From positions 50,902,001 through 50,966,000 of the forward strand of contig NC_043000.1 of the NCBI RefSeq assembly GCF_006345805.1: 64,000 nt of DNA, read 5' to 3'. The stretch is from Octopus sinensis (taxonomy: Eukaryota). The notes under the pieces are model-generated. The model was not told where the DNA came from. It searched no databases and was given only the letters and a program-made list of their open reading frames with translations. This document shows positions 38,301-51,190 of this stretch, piece after piece. A program made the translations under genes and the position numbers. Position 1 is the first letter of the stretch, and every line of letters starts with the position of its first letter.

Positions 38301-39167
38301 AAATTTGTATTTATGTGTTCTATGTGTACATGTAACCTTGTAAGTCTCCTCTGTTGCCCAATTTGACACTATCGCCACCACCACTACTACCATCGTCATC
38401 AACTTCAGGGTGCCTTGGGAAGAGTTCATCTTTGACAAGCATTCAGATTAGGTATTTAGCCTGAGGATTGCTTCCTATTGCAGCAAATGTTGAGCATAGT
38501 TTATTTTTTCTTCCCTTTCCCTCACTAATTTTACATACCCTGAAAGACAATATTAGGCTTTCACCTTCTTCTGACTTAGCCATAAAAAAACCCAACTCTT
38601 TTAGATATAGAATGCATACTATCTATAATACATACTTGTACTAAAGTTAAAATATTTTGTAGGTCTGTAATGAAAATGGGGCAAAATTGTTCACATTATT
38701 TACATTTTTTTCCCTCATGAATGGTCATGAATGACTGCATACACGGATGCATACTCTTTGCCTTTGTAAAGAGTATATATGTTTTAGCAATGTGGTATTA
38801 GAGTAACAATGGAGTAGTATTGCAACCAGTTCTTTAATATAAGTAATATTGAGATTTTGGTGTTATTGATGGAGGTTTAAGTTTGTTGTTATGTTCTAAT
38901 TTCAAGAGGTTTTCAATATTTTAGCTTTTGAACATTAGATGGAATGGGAACATTAAATGGCATACCATAATGTGTCAAAGATTATGTGTTCATCAAATTA
39001 TGTGGATGTGAAAATGTATTGGGTTGTCACTTAGTCAATTTGAAGGAATAGATTGTATTGGAAAAGGTTATCTTATGCTTATCTATGTCACTTTCAGTTG
39101 TTGACTTCTGTCATCACCCACAGTAAAAAAATTAGGGCAAAAGCCTTGCATAGCCTACTAAACCGTA

Positions 39168-39345
39168 TATCATCATCATCATCATCATTTAGTGTCTGTT
39201 TTCCATGCTGGCATGGGTTAGATGGTTTGGTTGGAACTTGTAACCCAGAGGGTTGTGCCAGGCTCCAGTCTGTTTTGGCATGGTTTTTATGGCTGGATGC
39301 CCTTCTTAAAACCAACCATTCCACAGAGTGTAGTGGGTGCCTCTT
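39168..39345 (-). mobile_element. Family-D element
   Basis: (ATC)n followed by TTTCCATGCTGGCATGGG...GGCTGGATGCCCTTCTTAA. Confidence 0.85.
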
Positions 39346-39359
39346 TTGTGCTACCATCA

Positions 39360-39590
39360 TATTTCTTTATTGCCCACAAGGGGCTAAACATAGAGGGGAC
39401 AGTCAAGGATAGACAAAGTGATTAAGTCGATTACTTCGATCCCAGTGCAAAACTGGTACTTAATTTATCGACCCCAAAAGGATGAAAGGCAAAGTCGACC
39501 TCGGCGGAATTTGAACTCAGAACGTAAAGACAGACGAAATACTGCTAAGCATTTCACCCGGCTTGCTAACATATCTGCCAAATTGCCATC
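39360..39590 (-). mobile_element. Family-C SINE
   Basis: Reverse complement of 46559-46790. Confidence 0.9.
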
Positions 39591-40049
39591 AATTATGTGT
39601 TACCATCATGGGCACCTTTTACTTGTCACTGATACTGGCTATGACTATGATGTCACTTAGATGTATGTGTGTGTGTGTGTATACATAAACACACAAACAC
39701 ATACACACACATATTTGTATTTGTGTGTGTATATACATACACCTACTATCCATGCAGTGACTTTCTGAGTAGACATTTGATGAGACATCCTTGGAGGATT
39801 GTTAGGTCTTCACCCTAAAGTAAGTTTGAACATGAAGAACCTACAGAAAAGAATATATGAGATAAAAATCAATAATTTCTTATTTGCATAAATAAAATTT
39901 ATCATGCAAAAATATTGTCGAGTCAAAACTTCACACAATCTTTTGGAGCCATAATATTACTGATTTTTGAGATTTGTCTAGCCAAAACTTCACTAGAGAT
40001 TTTTTTTTCACCCTTTTGCTGACTTTTCAATATATCATTTATCGTAATC

Positions 40050-40238
40050 TATTTCTTGTTTCAGTCAGTGGACTGTGCCCATGCTAGGCACCAGCTTGAA
40101 ATGGTTTAGTTAAAAGAGATCACCCTTATTATTTGCCTTTTATTTTTATCAGTCTCTTTTGCTGAAATACTAAATTATAGGAACATAAACAAACCTACAC
40201 CAACATTCAAATGGTGTGATGAGCAGGGAAACAAACAT

Positions 40239-40273
<35 letters not shown>

Positions 40274-40420
40274 TATGACAGGATTGGACACTGTTTCCAT
40301 CTATCAAGTTCACTCACAAAGCATTGATTAGCCCAGGGCAAATAGCAGAAGTCATTTGTGCAAGTTCTTGTGCTGTGGTATACACATGCATCCCACAGCA
40401 ATGCACATGGTTGCAAAGTT
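40050..40420 (-). mobile_element. Family-A SINE, diverged
   Basis: CTTGTTTCAGTCAGTGGACTG tail, ATCAGTCTCTTTTGCTG and TTCACTCACAAAGCATTG match the family-A reverse complement. Confidence 0.65.
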
Positions 40421-41198
40421 TGTTGCAATGTCTGTGCCTAAATATGTAATTTCTTGTCAATATATATATATCACATCTCATACAGTTTTGTCACTATAAA
40501 TATATATATATTTTACATATAGTTTTGTTTTACCAACTTTCTATCTCAATATTGATACATATAACTTTTCTAATCTTTCAATGAAAATAAATATAATTTT
40601 TTTACCTTTCACTTCATGTCCTTTGGATTTCATCTAGATGTGGGAAGATTTGGTCATTTACACAATAGCTACTCAAAAACATCCTGTCTCAAACTAACAT
40701 GAAAAGTGTTCTACAGTTAAGTCATTTATAAAAGTTAAAGGGGTTCTAAAACTGTTAATTATTCTCTTTCTGCCTGTCATTCAGTTTCTGAATAGACTGA
40801 CTATAGTTACTTACACACACTCATAAACATACATATATATGTATGTTTATATGTGTAGGTATGTATATATGTGGTTGTATATGTGTATATATACATCTAT
40901 GTCCAAACATAAGCACATGTATATGTAGGAATATATTGGAACTTAATTGAAATGTTTTAAATAGAGGTTAAATTTTTAGTGCTGATCTTTCTTCTAGTTC
41001 AAGGATAAATGCCTAATGGTTAGCTGTGATTTTCTATTGGTTAAATGGAATTTAGGGTGGGTGATACAGGTGAATGTACAAAGACATATATAGAATTATA
41101 TATGTCATGCATTCAGATATTCAAGTATATGTGTGTTGTACATATGCACTCACACATGCAGACACAGGTTTATATATATGCAATATGCATACATACAT

Positions 41199-41582
41199 AT
41201 GTGGTTGTGTAGTAAGTAGCTTGCTTCCCAACCACATAGTTCTGGGTTCAGTCTCACTGCATGGCACCTTGGGCAAGTGTCTTCTACTATAGCTTTGGGC
41301 CGACCAAAGTCTTGTGAGTGGATTTGGCAGAAAGAAGCCTGTTGTATAATGTGTGTGTGTATGTGTGTATTTGTGTGCATGTCTGCATTTGTCCCCCCCT
41401 CCATCACTCGACAACTGATGTTGGTGTGTTTACGTCCCTATAACTTAGTGGTTCGGCAAAAGAGACCGATAGAATTAGTACTTAGCTTACAAAGAATAAG
41501 TCTTGGGGTTGATTTGTTTGACTAAATGCAGTACTCCAGCATAATTGCAGTCAAATGACTGAAGCAAGTAAAAGAGTAAAAA
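41199..41582 (+). mobile_element. Family-A SINE
   Basis: Colinear with 4684-5108. Confidence 0.88.
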
Positions 41583-41609
41583 AATATATACACATAAGTG
41601 ACTGTGTGT

Positions 41610-41800
41610 GTACCGTTGTTGATTTTTCTTTTTTCCTCTGTCTTCCCTTCTCTGGATCTTTCCTTCTCTTATGTTTCCGACGAAGAGCTCCACTCGAAAC
41701 GTTAAGCCCTCCTTCTTTCCTGAGCGTCCAATAATACTATATTTGTTCCACATCCTCGCGTTGTTGTGTTTTTTGTGCTTTCTTGTTTGGATTAACTATA
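41610..41800 (+). mobile_element. Probable Penelope-like element terminal (pseudo-LTR) fragment
   Basis: Contains CCGACGAAGAGCTCCACTCGAAACGTT, the (C/T)GANGA..GAAACG signature typical of Penelope terminal repeats. No RT or GIY-YIG sequence seen nearby. Confidence 0.55.
41673..41707 (+). ncRNA. Minimal type-I hammerhead ribozyme-like motif (U4-to-C variant)
   Basis: Stem I GTTT/AAGC, core CCGACGA (41677-41683), stem II GAG/CTC around a CTCCA loop, GAAA (41696-41699), palindromic ACGT stem III, GTT cleavage triplet. Confidence 0.5.
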
Positions 41801-41802
41801 TT

Positions 41803-41842
<40 letters not shown>

Positions 41843-42079
41843 CATATATACATATATATATATGTGTGTGTGTGTGTGTATTATATCACATATGTTTGCA
41901 CTATGCAAAATATATTTTAGAGTATACTCTTACATATTGTATATATATATATATATATATGTACATGAATTGAAGTTATGTGACTTAGCATTTAGTGTAT
42001 CTGGCACATAAATATATGGTCATTATTTTAATTTCTGTGGTCTTTTCTGTCCTTCATCCAGACCATTCATTTTACTTAG

Positions 42080-42300
42080 CTTCAGATCACTCAGCTGGCA
42101 AAAATGAGTAGTACCAGTAGTTCAGTGGGCCAGCCGTGTCACATTTGGTGTGTCACAGTGAATATTTCTCTGAGAAGTACATTGATGGCATGCATGTCTG
42201 TGGAGTACTCAGCCACTTACACATGAATTTCATGAGCAGGTTGTTCCATTGATAAGATCAAGTGGAACACTCGTCTTCATTGGTGAAGGAGTGCCTAGCC
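42080..42300 (+). mobile_element. Family-E SINE tail fragment
   Basis: CACTCAGCTGGCAAAAATGAGTAGTACC and ATGTCTGTGGAGTACTCAGCCACTT are shared with the 21051 and 31537 copies. Confidence 0.7.
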
Positions 42301-42474
42301 TATGTATTTGTGTGCGTGTGTGTGTGTGTCTGTGTACATGCATGCGTGTGTGAGTGTGTGTGTGGTTAGAAAATATCAGAGATGAGAGTAGTAACTATAC
42401 TGAAAACTAATGTTTATCGCTACTTCAACATGGCTGTTCCATAGCAACTGACATTACTACCATTTTAACCCCAT

Positions 42475-42506
<32 letters not shown>

Positions 42507-43237
42507 ATATGTATATACTTATGTGTATGATGGGGTACATATATGCTTTCATATATGTGTACATACATACATGGTTAAGAAGTTTACATTACAATTATAT
42601 AGTTCTCTGTGGACCTGAATTGCTATAAGTGAAATTTTGGGGATGTAAACTTGGCAGAAACCTGTTGACTGCAGAACTGCACTTATTCTTGGTGTGATAA
42701 ACCCATTGCATTTGACTAATTTTGATGTTTGTTTCTTGAGTGATTTTAGCAGAATCTTCTCCTGGCTCTTGACTAGAATACACCCCCTGGTTCTTGGATA
42801 CCTGTAACAGAATCCACTTAAGTGCATGAATTCATATCAAATCTGTGGTACCTGTTGCTACTGAACTGATTCATGTGTCATGTTTTCAATCTCTCTTTCC
42901 TCAAATTTTGTTTTTTTGAATTTGTGAGAAATTCATGCTCACAGCCTGTCTTTGATTAATCCTTACAATTCATATGCATGTGTATGCATATTTCAAATCT
43001 CATTTTACCATTTTTGTTTTACTCTTTCTCTAAGCTTTTCATGTTTGCAAGAGTTACACTGGTTTTACTCCAACAGAAAGCCTTGTCACTTGTTCTCATC
43101 CATTGTTGGCACCTTCACATTGTTCAGATTCCTGAGGTTAACCTTCGCTTCTTCTTACAACTTCCTTAGTCTTTCTCTTCCACAAATTTTTATTACCTTT
43201 CATTTCTTTACCCAACTGCCACATCCTCACATGTCTG

Positions 43238-43452
43238 TACTCTTTACTCTCTTACTTGTTTCAGTCATTTGACTGTGGCCAAGCTGGAGCACCGCCTTTA
43301 GTTGAGCAAATCGACCCCAGGACTTATTCTTTGTAAGCTTGGTACTTATTCTATCAGTCTCTTTTGCCAAACTGCTTAGTTACGGGTCGTAAACACACCA
43401 GTATTGGTTGTCAAGTGATGTTGGGGGGACAAACACAGACATGCAAACATAT

Positions 43453-43505
<53 letters not shown>

Positions 43506-43673
43506 TACGATGGGCTTCTTTCAGTTTTCATCTACCAAATCCACTCACAATGCTTTCGTCGGCCCGAGGCTATAGCAGAAGACATTTACCCAAGGTGCCA
43601 TGCAGTGGGACTGAACCCAGAACCATGTGGTTCATAAGCAACCTACTTACGACACAGCCACTCCTACGCCTAT
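43238..43673 (-). mobile_element. Family-A SINE, full length
   Basis: Reverse complement of 4684-5108. Confidence 0.9.
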
Positions 43674-46558
43674 GTCTATATTAACATTTTTTTCTCTACA
43701 CCTGAATATGATTCCTTTTATACATAGTTTTTCTCTCAGTTTGTATGTATTTTGCCATGCTTACTGACCTTAAACATCTACCAGAGCATGATGGCTTCAC
43801 TTCTTTCCAGCCTACACACATCATCTGCATTCAGTACTCATGATTCATTATAATGCAACATTGCTATATATGTATGCAAGCATCACAATCTACCCCTCAC
43901 CCTAGAAGACTAATTTATCTTGACAGCAAAGTTAATAGCTCCTTGAACTTTTTCATTTTGTTCTTGCTCTACAATGCTTTCAAAAGTCCATCTTTTACTG
44001 CCAATTTGATCACATAGATAATAGAAGCTATTGATCCCCCAGAGCATTTGAAAGTATATTTTATGGATATTCTTACTGCTAATTAATCCACCACATTTCC
44101 TTATTATGATGTCCTTCTTTGTTAGCTACCTTTGATCCTACTGTATCTCTTGCATTCCTGTAATTTGCATTGGGAGCACCCAATGTAAATTATGGATGTA
44201 TTTTAAATGTATTGTATTTTTACCTATTTCTTTTCTGCATTTCAAGCATGATCTTTTCCTTGATGATAGGTGAGACCTGTCTTCCTCTGTTCACTAAAAC
44301 TTGTAAACTAGATTTATTTTAACACCTACATTCAGAATTTTTCACTATCATTATGACTGATTCGACTCTGAGAGCTAGGTCAAAAGCATGTAGACGTTCC
44401 TATAAATAAACCATCATGAATCCCTCTTTCATAGCCTGAGAGCTATAATAAACAGGAGATGGTTGAGAAACTGAGAAAAAAGTGTTAATGGACATCTAAC
44501 TGCTTGCTAGGTTCCTCATTGAACTCATAATTCACACCCTGCTGGTAGCATCTCTAATAAAATACATTGTTAAGTATAGAAAAGGCTCAACACTCAATTG
44601 GATAAAAGACTTTCCACTTGTGTTCAATTAGATATGCATAAATGCAAATCTATACCCTCATTACACCACACACACACACCTATACACATAATTATGCAAA
44701 CCTGCATACACTATAAAATAGTGATATGTTTTCAACTAATGGAACCTATAAAGTTCAAATATTGTAACTTGAAAGTGTAATTCTTCGTAAATGTAATGTA
44801 GGTTTAGGGGTCAATCAGTCTGAATTGCATTCGAAATACTATAAAAAGCTAAAGTAGTAAGAAGTGACCCACTGTATCATTAAGAAGTTATGGGATTTCT
44901 TTTTACCAAGTACCCATACAACATACCAGTAGGATGAGTTAATGAAATTGCATTTATACAGTCTCTCAAACTGCTAGAAATAACAATCATATCTGTTCTC
45001 AATGACACCATGCAAAATACTTTGGACTATTTGGCTGTACATGCTGTACATATATCATCCAAGATAGATATATGAAGGTTACATTGGTCTAAATGTAATA
45101 TATTTAAAGATGCATATATTTAAATGCATGTATTTAAAGATGGGATGGGTACGGTTGGGTTTTTTTGGTTTGCTGGGTCAGGAATAACCTTTACTTAAAC
45201 TATTGTTATATATGTATGTAGAAACTATTCGAGTTACATTATTTTACTAATGATCAAGACAATTATTTTATTCCAGTGTACAAAAGTAATTGATAATATC
45301 TCACTGTATGTTAACAAATATTTGTGCAGTTTGTCAGAAATATGAATATTGGTTTACGATATTAAGTCACTCCTTCTATGTTTGTTTCTTTTATTTTCTC
45401 ATATTGTATTTTTCCTGATTTTATCCCTCTTTTATTCTCCATGTTTTGATCAATGAGATACACGAATATGTATGCATATGTATGTGTGTGTGTGTGTATT
45501 CACTTTATGACTATTTTGTATGTGAACATGATTTAAATGGTCTAGTTCAATCATATTTGTTAGGAACCCTGCTGTGGCTTATATTTGTAGGATATGTAAC
45601 TGTCCTGTTCACGCAGTTACTATTGATAGATGATGCCCAAGTGGTACAACTTTAGAAAATGATATGAAATGGCATCTATCAGCATATTCTACCGCATTAA
45701 ACATCACAATTGTGTACTTAGATTTCAACCACACTGATGGAAAGAAATTTGATATAATGAAAATTAAAATATTAGAAATTTGCTATATTGTTTTGTTTTT
45801 ACTCACAACTTTCTCCCATCATCTCTCTCCTCATTCAAATAGCAGGGGATTATAAGGGATAAATTTAATTGGAAATAAATTCAATAACTATAACTGTCTT
45901 AGTAAATTAACCTATGTCTTTTAATTAAATAAGAATTACTTTTGAGATATATCATTTTAATATGTTGAAGACATTCCTTCTCTAATTACTTTCATGACTA
46001 TACAATTCTTGATGTATAGTTATTTTTCTGATGCTTCTTCCAATATTCAGTATGTTAAAATATTTTTTTTTTATTCAGTATTACCTGGCAGATTATCATT
46101 GTTATTGTTGTTGATGATAATGATGATGATGATGCTGAAATGAAATTTATGTCCTCAACTAGATAATTCTCCATTATTATTTATGTTTCTTATATTCTTT
46201 ATTTTTTTCTGTCCTTTAGAAACCTTATATATGATATGCTGTCAAATAGAATATGTAGTAGAATGACTGTAACTCTACTTAGAGATAAAAATATAATTTA
46301 AATCATGCTATTAATCTGATAAAGTCATACAGTATACTAGAAGAATGTCATCCTATGGTATTCAACTAAGTTTTGAATAAGCTATTAGAAACTTTAGAAA
46401 TTATTTAATGTCCATTGATAAATAAAGGAGACAGATGGACTGACGGAGACGATATTTGTAATGTTTTGCTCCATTTAACAAACTAAGTGCAATATCAAAT
46501 TTATGGCCCACCGAATAAAGATGAAGAACTATTAGTAGATCCTTATATAGTTCTTTTC

Positions 46559-46790
46559 AAGGCGGCAAGCTGGCAGACACGTTAGCGCTCCGGGCGAAAT
46601 GCTTAGCGGTGTTTCATCTGTTGTTACATTCTGAGTTCAAATTCCACCGAGGTCGACTTTGCCTTTCATACTTTCGGGGTCGATAAATAAAGTACCAGTT
46701 TCACACTGGGGTTGATGTAATCAACTTAATCCCTTTGTCTGTCCTTGTTTGTCCCCTCTATGTTTAGCCCCTTGTGGGCAATAAAGAAAT
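46559..46790 (+). mobile_element. Family-C tRNA-derived SINE, full length
   Basis: AAGGCGGCAAGCTGGCAGA head, GAGTTCAAATTCC B box, core GGTCGACTTTGCCTTTCATACTTTCGGGGTCGATAAATAAAGTACCAG (resembles the central domain of MetaSINE/Sauria-type SINEs, from memory). Confidence 0.9.
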
Positions 46791-47029
46791 ATATAGTTCT
46801 TTTCTTTATATTTTATAAGATTATTATTTACAGAGGGTTCTTTTATTTTTTTACTTGTTTCAGTCATTGGACTGCAGCCATGCTAAGTGATTTGGTCAAA
46901 AGCATTAGCCCAATGCTTATTTTAAGTTTGGTAGTTATTTTATCATCTCATTTTTTAGAGGAAAACAAACCATCATCAGTTGTCAAGTACTGAAGAGACA
47001 AACACATAACTTTCTCTGGAGATATGCTG

Positions 47030-47591
47030 TGACTTCGAGGACCCGACAAATGAAGTGAGTTCATGGCTCACAGGATGGCCTACTGTGCTAACCTTGGATT
47101 GTAGAGTGACTCACTGTTCTTGAGGATTCGAAGACCCGACAAATGAAGTGAGTTCATGCTCGCAGGACAGCCTTCTTCACTGACCTTGGATCGTAGAGTG
47201 ACCCGCTGTTCTTGAGGAGACCTGTTGAGTCAAGTTCGTCAACATCAAAAATTCAAATGGTAATTGTAAAGACACCAGTGCTGGTGACACGTAAAAGCAC
47301 TGTTCGAGCGTAGCAGTTACTAGCGTTGCCTGACTGGCGTCTGTGTCGGTGACACGTAAAAGCACCAGCTGATCATGGCCGTTTGCCAGCCTGCGCTGGC
47401 TCCTGTGCCGGTGGCACATAAAATACACCCACTACACTCACAGAGTGGTTGGCGTTAGGAAGGGCATCCAGCTGTAGAAACACTGCCAAATCAGACTGGA
47501 GCCTGGTGCAGCCTCCATGGCTTACCAGACCCCGATCGAACCGTCCGACCCATGCTAGCATGGAAAACGGACGTTAAATGATGATGATGAT
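47030..47591 (+). mobile_element. Long family-D element with internal tandem duplications
   Basis: Two ~93-bp units (47034-47126 and 47127-47218), three GGTG(A/G)CAC(G/A)TAAAA units, then the standard family-D 3' end with (GAT)n. Confidence 0.85.
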
Positions 47592-48659
47592 TTAAAATAG
47601 AACTCACAGAATTTTCTCTTATCAAATTCACTCACAAGGCCAGTGTGTCAAGCAATAGAACTGAACACAAAACTACATAGTTGTGAAGTGAACTTCTTCC
47701 CTGCATAGCTATTCACTAATTATGGAATAAATTTGTTGTTTACATTATTGGAGTTACAGCTTCTGATTTTCAATTCAGTTAAATTATGTAATAATTTTAG
47801 CTTTTGGTTGAGTGGTTACTGTATTGTATCATTTCTTTTTTATCTACCAGTAACTTATCAAGTTGAACTAAATATATTACTAACTTTACAATTTGTCTCT
47901 CAACAATTCAATGACTTGTGCTCAAAATTTCATTCAGTTGCATTTAAATAGGAATGTATTTCTGAAATCCATTGAAAATCTTGGTCTGTAGGCATTTATT
48001 TCAAGGATACATTTAATAAGAGAACTGCCTTAGAGCCAGTTAATAATCTTCATTATACCTAATCATTTAGGATCAACCTCATTGAATCTAATAATAGCAA
48101 TGACAAGTTAATGAAACACTCATTAATTAATTTGGAAGGTACTAATTGCATATATACTCAAAAGTATTTTGCTATAATATTCAATATGGAGAGTGTTCCT
48201 TATGTTCTGATATGAAAGTATTGTAAATTATTGTATAATTATGTCATATTTTATGTAATAAATATAAATTCTGTTCTACTGAATAGAATATCTTCAGGTG
48301 AAATTTCAGTAACAAAGTTTTCTTTAGTGACTTCTGGCTTGAACATAAGATTATTCATAAATTTATAGGTATAGGCATGGATGTTTAAGTATAGGCTTGG
48401 TTATATGGTTAAGTATAGAAGCAAGCATCACTTGTGGTTAACAGTAGGTGCCAGTATGGCTGTGTGGTTAAGAATAGTTGTGAGTATGGTTGTGTGATTA
48501 TGAAGTTCCCATTGAAATCACATGGTAAGGGATTTTGTCACAGTATGTGAACAATGCGGGCTAGTACATTGCTATAGCTGTGTGTTGGCATATACCTTGT
48601 GAGTGAAATAGACTGATACAAACTGAAGAAGCATTTTGTATGTTAGCATGTGTGCATGT

Positions 48660-48666
48660 GTGTATA

Positions 48667-48711
<45 letters not shown>

Positions 48712-48890
48712 TACATACATACATATGTATATACATATATATATACATATGTATATATATATATATATATACATATGTATATATATATATATATATGCAT
48801 ATATATACATATATATATATATGCATATATATATACATATATATATATATACATATATATATATACATATATATATACATATATATATAT

Positions 48891-48965
<75 letters not shown>
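48660..48965. repeat. Long (TA)n/(TACA) microsatellite
   Basis: Direct inspection; ~300 bp. Confidence 0.97.
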
Positions 48966-48971
<6 letters not shown>

Positions 48972-48981
48972 TGAATGTATG

Positions 48982-49515
48982 TATTGGGTCATCCCATAAG
49001 CAAACCATTTCTTCAATTACCTGAACTAAAAGTTGAAGGGTAGCAGGATACACTATCTGCATCAACTTACTATAAAAGCAGGTAGTAGTTTTACCTATCC
49101 TTATTCTTAGTGCAAGTTTTAAACAGTTATTTTTTTTCATTGCTATAATGGAAGTGACAAAAGGACATATTCAGCATAGTTTGCTTTCTGTGTTCAATAA
49201 AGGCAATAAGGCAATGGTAAGTGCATTCCAAAGGTTGGAGCACTTTGAATGAGAAATGATACCCACCCACAATATTCACCAGACATTGCCCCATCAGATT
49301 ATCATTTATTCTGCAATCTTCAACAGTACTGGAAGACCATTTTTTGTCACAGACAAGTGAATTTTGGATGAGGGGTCTTGCAAGTCTACTAGATAGATGG
49401 AAGACCATTGTAGAAAATGAAGGAGAATATATTTTAGATTAAAAATGAACTTTCTTTATGCTAATTTAAAAAAATAACAGAACTCTAAAAAATCCACATT
49501 GTTTATGGGATTATA
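48982..49515 (+). mobile_element. Mariner transposon deletion derivative
   Basis: YSPDIAPSDYHLF at 49273-49311 (mariner YSPDLAPSDYHLF motif) and LLDRWKTIVENEGEYILD* C-terminus. Degenerate TIR-like TCCCATAAGCAA near 48990 and revcomp TCCCATAAACAA near 49505. Confidence 0.85.
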
Positions 49516-49783
49516 TATATATATAGATAAGAAAAGAAATGGAGCAACAATTAACAATTAGAAGTTGATCATTGGCATTAAAAGGTCATAGTTTAATTGT
49601 AGTTAGAAAATATATGTATGTATGTATATGTATATATATATATATATATACTCAAAATAAGCAACAAGAATGACTCTGGTTGCTTATTGCTTATTTTGAT
49701 TATAATCACCCCATGGATTTTTATGGATAACACCATACAAAATTCTGGTGCATCTAAATTAAGTACCATATTCATTTGAATCT

Positions 49784-49823
<40 letters not shown>

Positions 49824-50324
49824 AATTATAATAAGGGCTTAGAAAGAAATTTTCTAGCCTATATGCTGAGAAATAAGTTGTCTCACCACTCAAAGAAGTC
49901 ACAAATGTATGTGTTGAATTCGGCGCAACAGGCCAACGGAAATTTTAGAAATAGATGCTAAATCATCTCACTACTCAAAGATCAAATGAAGGAAAAATGA
50001 GTGTAGTAGATAGACAGCCAGCAACTGATGAAGGGTCCTTTCTGTCGTAATTTGTCCTGTTTTCCATTTTTTTTTCTCATTGTTTATGTATTTCACTCAT
50101 TTCCTCCTCGTTTGTTCATGTATTTCATGTTATTTGCACTGTTGGTGATGTCCTGTACCTATATATACATGTATATATATATACATATACTTTATTTATT
50201 ATATATATATATGTATATGTTTATAATGGTATCTAAGTTGATATATAGACTCTTAGTCTTTCTCAAAGTATATACTTGGATTATGATATTTAGAGATAGT
50301 GGGTGTTCGTGTGTGAGTGTGTGT

Positions 50325-50387
<63 letters not shown>
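50325..50387. repeat. (GA)n microsatellite
   Basis: Direct inspection. Confidence 0.97.
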
Positions 50388-50391
<4 letters not shown>

Positions 50392-50904
50392 CTTGGTGAT
50401 AAAATATCATGAATTCAGCCAAGTAGAATCTTATTCAGGTACAGTTCATTTAGAATCATACAAGCTGTCTAAAAGCCTATATAAACTTATACAGATATAT
50501 GCAATTTTATCATTCGATATTTCTACCAAACTTTGCAACAGAAGATGAAAAATTTCTCCAAAATAATATTGTTGATTTTTATCAGAGCAATAACCTTTAG
50601 AGATAAGTCTAAGTATTTTACCTCTTTTTTTTTTTTTAACAATTATATTCTATATCTTACAATACACTCACAGGTATTCTGAACTAAGTAAAATATTCAT
50701 ATCTAATTGATGGCACAGACAATAATACTAACTTAGCCTTTAGCATTCAGATTATTCTGAATGACAGGTTATTCTGTCAATTGTAATACCTATTAACATT
50801 ATTCTTAATGTAGTTTCAAGATTTCAATGATGTGTTTTTTTTATTTTTAGAATGGCATTGTACGTTAAGTGTGAGAGGTTGGATCTGGACAGTTTTAACA
50901 CAAA

Positions 50905-51190
50905 GCTGACTTATTCTATCGGTCACTGTTGCCAAACCGCTAAGTTACAAGGACGTAAACACACCAGCATCGGTTGACAAGCGATGTTGGGGGGATAAAC
51001 ACAAACACACATGCACACACATATATACGATGGGCTTCTTTCAGTTTTTGTCTACCAAATCCATTCACATGGCTTTAGTCAGCCCGAGGCTATAATAGAA
51101 GACACTTGCCCAAGGTGCCACACAGTGGGACTGAACCCGGAACCATGTGGTTCATAAGCAAGCTACTTACCACATAGCCACTTCTACGCC
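50905..51190 (-). mobile_element. Family-A SINE, tail truncated
   Basis: Reverse complement of the family-A head, body and first half of the tail. Confidence 0.85.

Noticed and set aside
46559-46660. tRNA genes suggested by A/B boxes (also the SINE heads at 21051, 33540-33610 and 56260-56330)
   Set aside because: No complete cloverleaf; they continue directly into SINE bodies.
50851-50859. 9-nt micro-exon candidate TTTAG|AATGGCATT|GTACGT
   Set aside because: Splice-like pairs this short are expected by chance in 64 kb of AT-rich DNA, and there is no supporting gene context.
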